From assembly GCA_973895155.1 (NCBI GenBank), contig OZ316896.1, positions 11,150,795 to 11,214,794 on the forward strand: a stretch of DNA of 64,000 bases. The letters are read 5' to 3'. This DNA is from Marsupella aquatica. Lineage: Eukaryota; Plantae; Marchantiophyta. The stretch's first letter is position 1. Every line of letters begins with the position of its first letter. The notes beneath the pieces are model-generated. The model was not told where the DNA came from, did not search any database, and saw only the letters and a list, made by a program, of their open reading frames with translations. This document shows, in pieces, positions 59,342-64,000 of the stretch. Position numbers and translations under genes: made by a program.

Positions 59342-61633
59342 TCGGGCCACGAATATATATCTACATTCATACTGCCAATCTCATGCAGTCTAGCTCACGG
59401 ATCCTCGAATGGGTTTTCCAACTCGAACTTAATTGGACAGGGCTTACCATATTTGATCCGAAGAGCAAAATTATCGCGGCAGAAGAAGCACTGACTCTCA
59501 ACCACATATTAGGCGGTTGAAGAAGTATCAGTATATTTCCCACTTGAGATCTTATCAACTGAACAGGGAGATGTCTAGCGATCTTGAGGATGATGGTGCA
59601 CGGTCAATCCTTTACCATACTTCGTTTCGACATCGAATCAGTCGATGATAGACGGCAAAAAATGTAATTGTGTAGATCACAGTACATGACAAGATGCCAA
59701 CTTGAGATCAGTCCCTTGTCGATCTGAGCACATTCAGATTATAGCTAGGGTGCTATTGAATTCCCAGCTAGTAGAGTCAACACTTCACGGCAAAGTAGGT
59801 TGCGATTCTAGCCCCCAAAATCTTCGGATTGATTTGTGGTACAGTAATAAATTCCCCACAGTAGTATGGAAGCTTCAATCAGCGTTGACAGCAGTTTCAA
59901 CCTATAGCCAGCATTATGCGGTCAGTAGAAGGTGTGGAACTTAAAAGATTGAACCACGAATTCAATACACAGTGCTTTATTGTCGATCCAAAGCACAGGA
60001 CCCGAGTCCTTACCACCCCGCTTACCACGAGGTTATTATATAAGGGGAACAGGTTTGGCTTTCAATGAGAATTTTGACGATTTGGAACATTCTCAAGTGG
60101 GTAATGTATACGATGAGGATGGTTGCCATTCGGCCTATATGTGCAATGCGCAACCAAGATTTGTGGCTCTGAAGATCAATGGTCTTTGCAAGCTTTCGTG
60201 GCGCCAATCCAACCCTATCTTTACTACTCCTTCAATTCCTTCGAAATTTCTCTCCTTGTATTTCAATTTAATATGTTTTAGTGTATAAGCAAGTAGAGCA
60301 ACTGGTTAAAAGAGCGCATGGGCATTGTTCGATATAATGTCCTGCAAATGAGGGCTGTATCCTGAGTTTGAGGGGACATTATGGTAACTTACTAAAAAAC
60401 CTCAAGTGAGTTTTTGAAACAAAACCAATAAAGTAAAAATCCTGAAGTTACGGTCGTGCGATATAGGGTAAAGATAGAAGAACGAATAAAATGCCAGTAT
60501 TTTAGGCCAATTTTGTTTTATATGGTGAAACTCTTACATTATGGATTATCGTAACAATTATGCCTGGATTAATTGATGGGGCATTGCATAATTCCCTCCT
60601 CAAAGCAAGGTGTGAATTGCATAGACAACAGTTGTTCTAAAAAAGACAAAGCCAAAACTCACGTGAAGTGTGCAGGGTTAGAGCATTTTGAGGTTTGTCC
60701 ACTACCTCGTCCTCTACTTGCCTAGGGACAAACAGAGTCCTCTACTTGTCTAGTGATAAAGAGTGAAATCTCAAGTTGCATTGTTGTGTCTAAAATATAA
60801 ATTTTAAACTTTAATTTCCTGTTCTTGTCTCTGACTTTGGAAAGAAAGGGAGATCTCAGCTTGATTACATGAAATCTGGGTGTGAGTTAAGGAGAAAAAT
60901 AATCAAAAATAGAAAGAGTGAAAAATCTCAAACTTAGAGCAAAGATGGACCTACACCCTTGCGAAAAGGCTTGGATGGATAGATTTTTGCAACTTGGGTG
61001 GACTGCAAAGAAACCCTCTTTTTGCACATATATTACATATTACACAGAAGAGTGAAGTGTGGCGAATTAATTAGGCAGCCATCTTTGAAATGTGTAGGTC
61101 TTTCAATTTGACAATATTAGGTTCATTGGAGAGGCCATTTCCAAGCAAGGTACCTAAGAAAAATTCATTGAATGTCAGACTAGCTGCAAGAAAATTTTTG
61201 GCATCCTGCAAGGTCCTCAAAAAAGAGGTGGGTCTCGAATCTGCACACATCAGCACAGTATGTATAAAGATTGTTCTTGTTTTACATGGGATTCAAAGGT
61301 CAATGCTGCGGCCCTTGCCCTTAAAAAGTATTCAACTATTGCCATGAGGACTGGCTGATGAGGGGGGTAGGAAGAAAGACTCGCATAGTGCAAAGATGCC
61401 ACCTGAACACTTAAAGGGCCAATTCTCTCAAGACCATCACATGCAAGACGGGCCTTCGGTGTGGACACCCATTGACAGAAAGATCTTTCAAAATTCATCA
61501 CACTCACTCAAGTTTTCATGAAACTAGAATACTAGATTGGTTAGAAAGCTACAGTAAGTCTTTCCAAGTCCTTTTTTCCTTTTTCTTTTTAAGGGGAAAT
61601 CTGTGAAACCTGAGAGAAAAGGAGGTAACAATA

Positions 61634-61700
61634 GCCAGTTATAGCATTTGAACCCAAGAGCTATTAGTCCCCACTCAAGTGAGCTACCACTCAGCAATAC
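61634..61700 (-). mobile_element. Possible tRNA-derived SINE head
   Basis: On the minus strand, TTGCTGAGTGGTAG (A-box-like) is followed about 30 nt later by GGTTCAAATGC (B-box-like). No cloverleaf forms. Confidence 0.3.
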
Positions 61701-62259
61701 CTGCTTAGAAAGGTCTTATTAAGCGCTTCTAACGAGCCCACGAAGAGCCAAAACTGTGGGATCAAAAGCAAGATATTGAATGTCAAACTTTGTTGTGGAA
61801 AACTTTTTGGAAACAAAAAGGGTGTCAATGAGTGAAGGTGTAAAAGGTGTCATGGTCTATGGGGGTTGGTTCACGGGGTCAGTCCATGAGAGCATCACTT
61901 CCAAAATATCTCAGAGGGATTGAAGTGTATCAATTCATTGTTACCAGGATATATAGCGCACAATGCCCCGGAAACAAGGGCTACATTGAAGCATCTCCGA
62001 ATGATACTGGGTTTGGATACTATAAGATGTAAAACCTTGTCCAAGAGCTGCATCCCTTTCTAAGTTTTGTGGAAGTTGCACGCATGGTCAATTGAAAAAA
62101 CCTTCAATTTGAGGGTGTTCGAGCCTTGAAACCATCATATAATTGTTAGAAATTGACTTGAGCTCCACTTTCTAGTTAGTTTGGCCTTACTAGGTTTAGT
62201 TAACCCTGAATTATATCAATACTAGCCCCATGCTCGTGCGTTGCACGAAAGACTTCACG

Positions 62260-62620
62260 TGAGGGCAAGATGTCGAGGAGAGGGCAAGATGTCAAGGAGA
62301 GGGCAAGATTTCAAGGAGAGGGCAAGATGTTGAGGTGAGGGCAAGATGTCCAGTAGAGGGCAAGATGTTGAGGTGAGGGCAAGATGTGAGATGATGGTAA
62401 GATGTCGAGGTGAGGGCAAGATGTGAGATGATGGTAAGATGTCGAGGTGAGGGCAAGATGTGAGATGATGGTAAGATGTCAAGGTGAGGGCAAGATGTGA
62501 GATGATGGTAAGATGTCGAGGTGAGGGCAAGATGTGAAGGTGATTGTAAGATGTCGAGGAGAGGGCAAGATGTCGAGGTGAGGGCAAGATGTCAAGGTGA
62601 GGGTAAGATTTTGAGGCGAG
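62260..62620. repeat. Helitron-internal minisatellite (~19-bp units and ~36-bp higher-order units)
   Basis: GAGGGCAAGATGTC(A/G)AGG(T/A) units and GATGTGAGATGATGGTAAGATGTCGAGGTGAGGGCAA units. Confidence 0.9.
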
Positions 62621-62755
62621 GCAAACATGGTTGTGCATTGCCAACATATAATTCAGGCAAAAAGTCAAACAGATTAATACAAAAGTGATACACTCTTTAT
62701 TCAACGCGTTCAATAAAGAACCTCATCATATACAACATTTTTTGTCAACCTTGCT

Positions 62756-63466
62756 TCAGTTACCCTCCTCGGAATCCGAAAGGAAAACCTTGGTAGTTGT
62801 AGAAGATGTTGCCCTTGAAAATGCCACACACAATTGTCCGTGACTAAATACAGGCTTTGAAAGTTGTAACCCTACATGTTCTAAAGTATGACCTTGAACC
62901 TTGTTTATGGTCATTGCATATGCCACTTGAATGGGAATTTGGACCCTACATAATAAAAAAGGAAGTAATTTGCCAGATGTCAACGGAATCTGTGGGATAA
63001 ATGTAAGGGTCCTTGCATGCTTTCCTGCAAGAACTCGTGCCTCAATGACACGACGATTCATTGCTCTCACAATTAGCAGAGAACCGTTACACAACCCCAA
63101 AGAGTGATCTATAATCCAAAGTAAAATGATAGGGCATCCAACCTTCATTGTACCAACTTATGAGACAACAAACCACTCGACGTGAGTGTTTCAAGAACTC
63201 CGTAGGGTAGAAATTCTCCTCTTCGAACTGGTCCGGACGATCAACACTAAAAAACTCCCTAGATATCTGAGTCCTAAGATATCTGAGTCATTAATTTTTA
63301 GTGCCTCGTCATTTGTCAGCGCCAGGGTAGTTCTTTCACTTAAGAACCTGTCGTCCACAGGAGCAAGAGATGGGTAAATTCCATGAATCAATGATTCCAC
63401 ACATCCTCCATCCACCACCATAGACTCAAGGCAAGTAAAAAGATTATTTGAAGGCGAGGCAGACAA
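62756..63466 (-). pseudogene. Helitron RepHel PIF1-like helicase C-terminal fragment
   Basis: Motifs LSERTTLALTN, KVGCPIILL...GLCNGS, QIPIQVAYAMTINKVQGHTL and VFSHGQLCVAFSR, split by frameshifts and stops. Confidence 0.9.
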
Positions 63467-63619
63467 ACCAATGAACAGCCCTTAAAAGACGTCAAAAACT
63501 CCAACGGCCATGTATGACTCTCGCCCTCAGCTCATTTTGTAAATGGACAAAAGGCAAAAAAAGGCAGCATCGGTTATTATAGTGTTAGATAGCTCAATGC
63601 CCATGCCTTGCACAGAATA

Positions 63620-64000
63620 TGTCAAGGTGAGAAAAAAAGAGGTTGAGGAGAGAAAAAGATGTCAAGGAGAAGACAATGTGTTGCGGTGAGATAAGATGTC
63701 AAGGAGAGAAAAATATTGAGGTGAGCAAAAGATGTCAAGGAGATGAAAAGATGTTGAGAAAAGAAAAGATGTCAAGGTGAACAAAAGATGTCAAGGAAAA
63801 GAAAAGATGTTGAGGTGAGCAAATGATGTGAAGGAGGGAAAAGATGTGAAGGTCAGCAAGCGATGTTGAGGAGAGGAAAAGATGCCAAGGAAAGGAAAAC
63901 ATGTCAAGGAGAGAAAACGATGTCCAAGTGAGAAATATATGTCAAAGTGAGGAAAAAACATGTCAAGGTGACAGAGGACAAAACATGTAAGGGAGAGAAA
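63620..64000. repeat. Second Helitron-internal minisatellite (~19-bp degenerate units)
   Basis: AAAAGATGTCAAGG(A/T)GA-type units repeat to the end of the window. Confidence 0.85.

Larger units (their letters stand above)
62222..64000 (-). mobile_element. Helitron 3' portion (continues past the right edge)
   Basis: The 3' terminus CTAG|T lies at 62225-62221, with the subterminal hairpin TCGTGC-GTT-GCACGA at 62234-62248. An internal PIF1 helicase fragment is present. Confidence 0.9.

Noticed and set aside
59430-59660. Kinase (MAPK/CDK-like) C-terminal remnant LTIFDPKSKIIAAEEAL
   Set aside because: It is a single short similarity with no other kinase subdomains nearby and lies in the probable PIN 3' region.
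62255-62713. 152-aa ORF with HLDILPSPRH repeats
   Set aside because: It is a translation of the Helitron minisatellite, with no evidence of coding function.

Overview
This is eukaryotic nuclear DNA from a land plant. The divergent gene homologues suggest a non-seed lineage, but that is inference and the species cannot be read from the sequence. Host genes: the 5' part of NUP160 (minus strand, runs off the left edge, no introns over 387 codons), a 6-exon ALMT anion channel, an intronless ABCC/MRP transporter whose N-terminal TMD0 is disrupted, and a very divergent 5-exon PIN auxin carrier with a tandem RPSxxWE repeat in its loop. There is also an intronless pRiA4b ORF-3/MM3350-like gene of fungal appearance with a 1-nt frameshift. 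Most of the rest is transposable elements: a complete Copia with near-identical LTRs, a CTTAC TSD, a half-tRNA-type PBS and a fungal-looking polyprotein; an aberrant Copia bounded by two inverted U5 ends and a perfect TAATA TSD; a near-full-length L1 LINE; Helitrons; a MULE foldback; and Tourist and Stowaway/mariner MITEs. A 4x152-bp tandem array and a mitochondrial trnS(GCU) fragment are also present. The strongest leads are the two fungal-like sequences (possible HGT), the inverted-end Copia and the repeat-loop PIN. All family calls come from motif recognition by eye, with no database searches.
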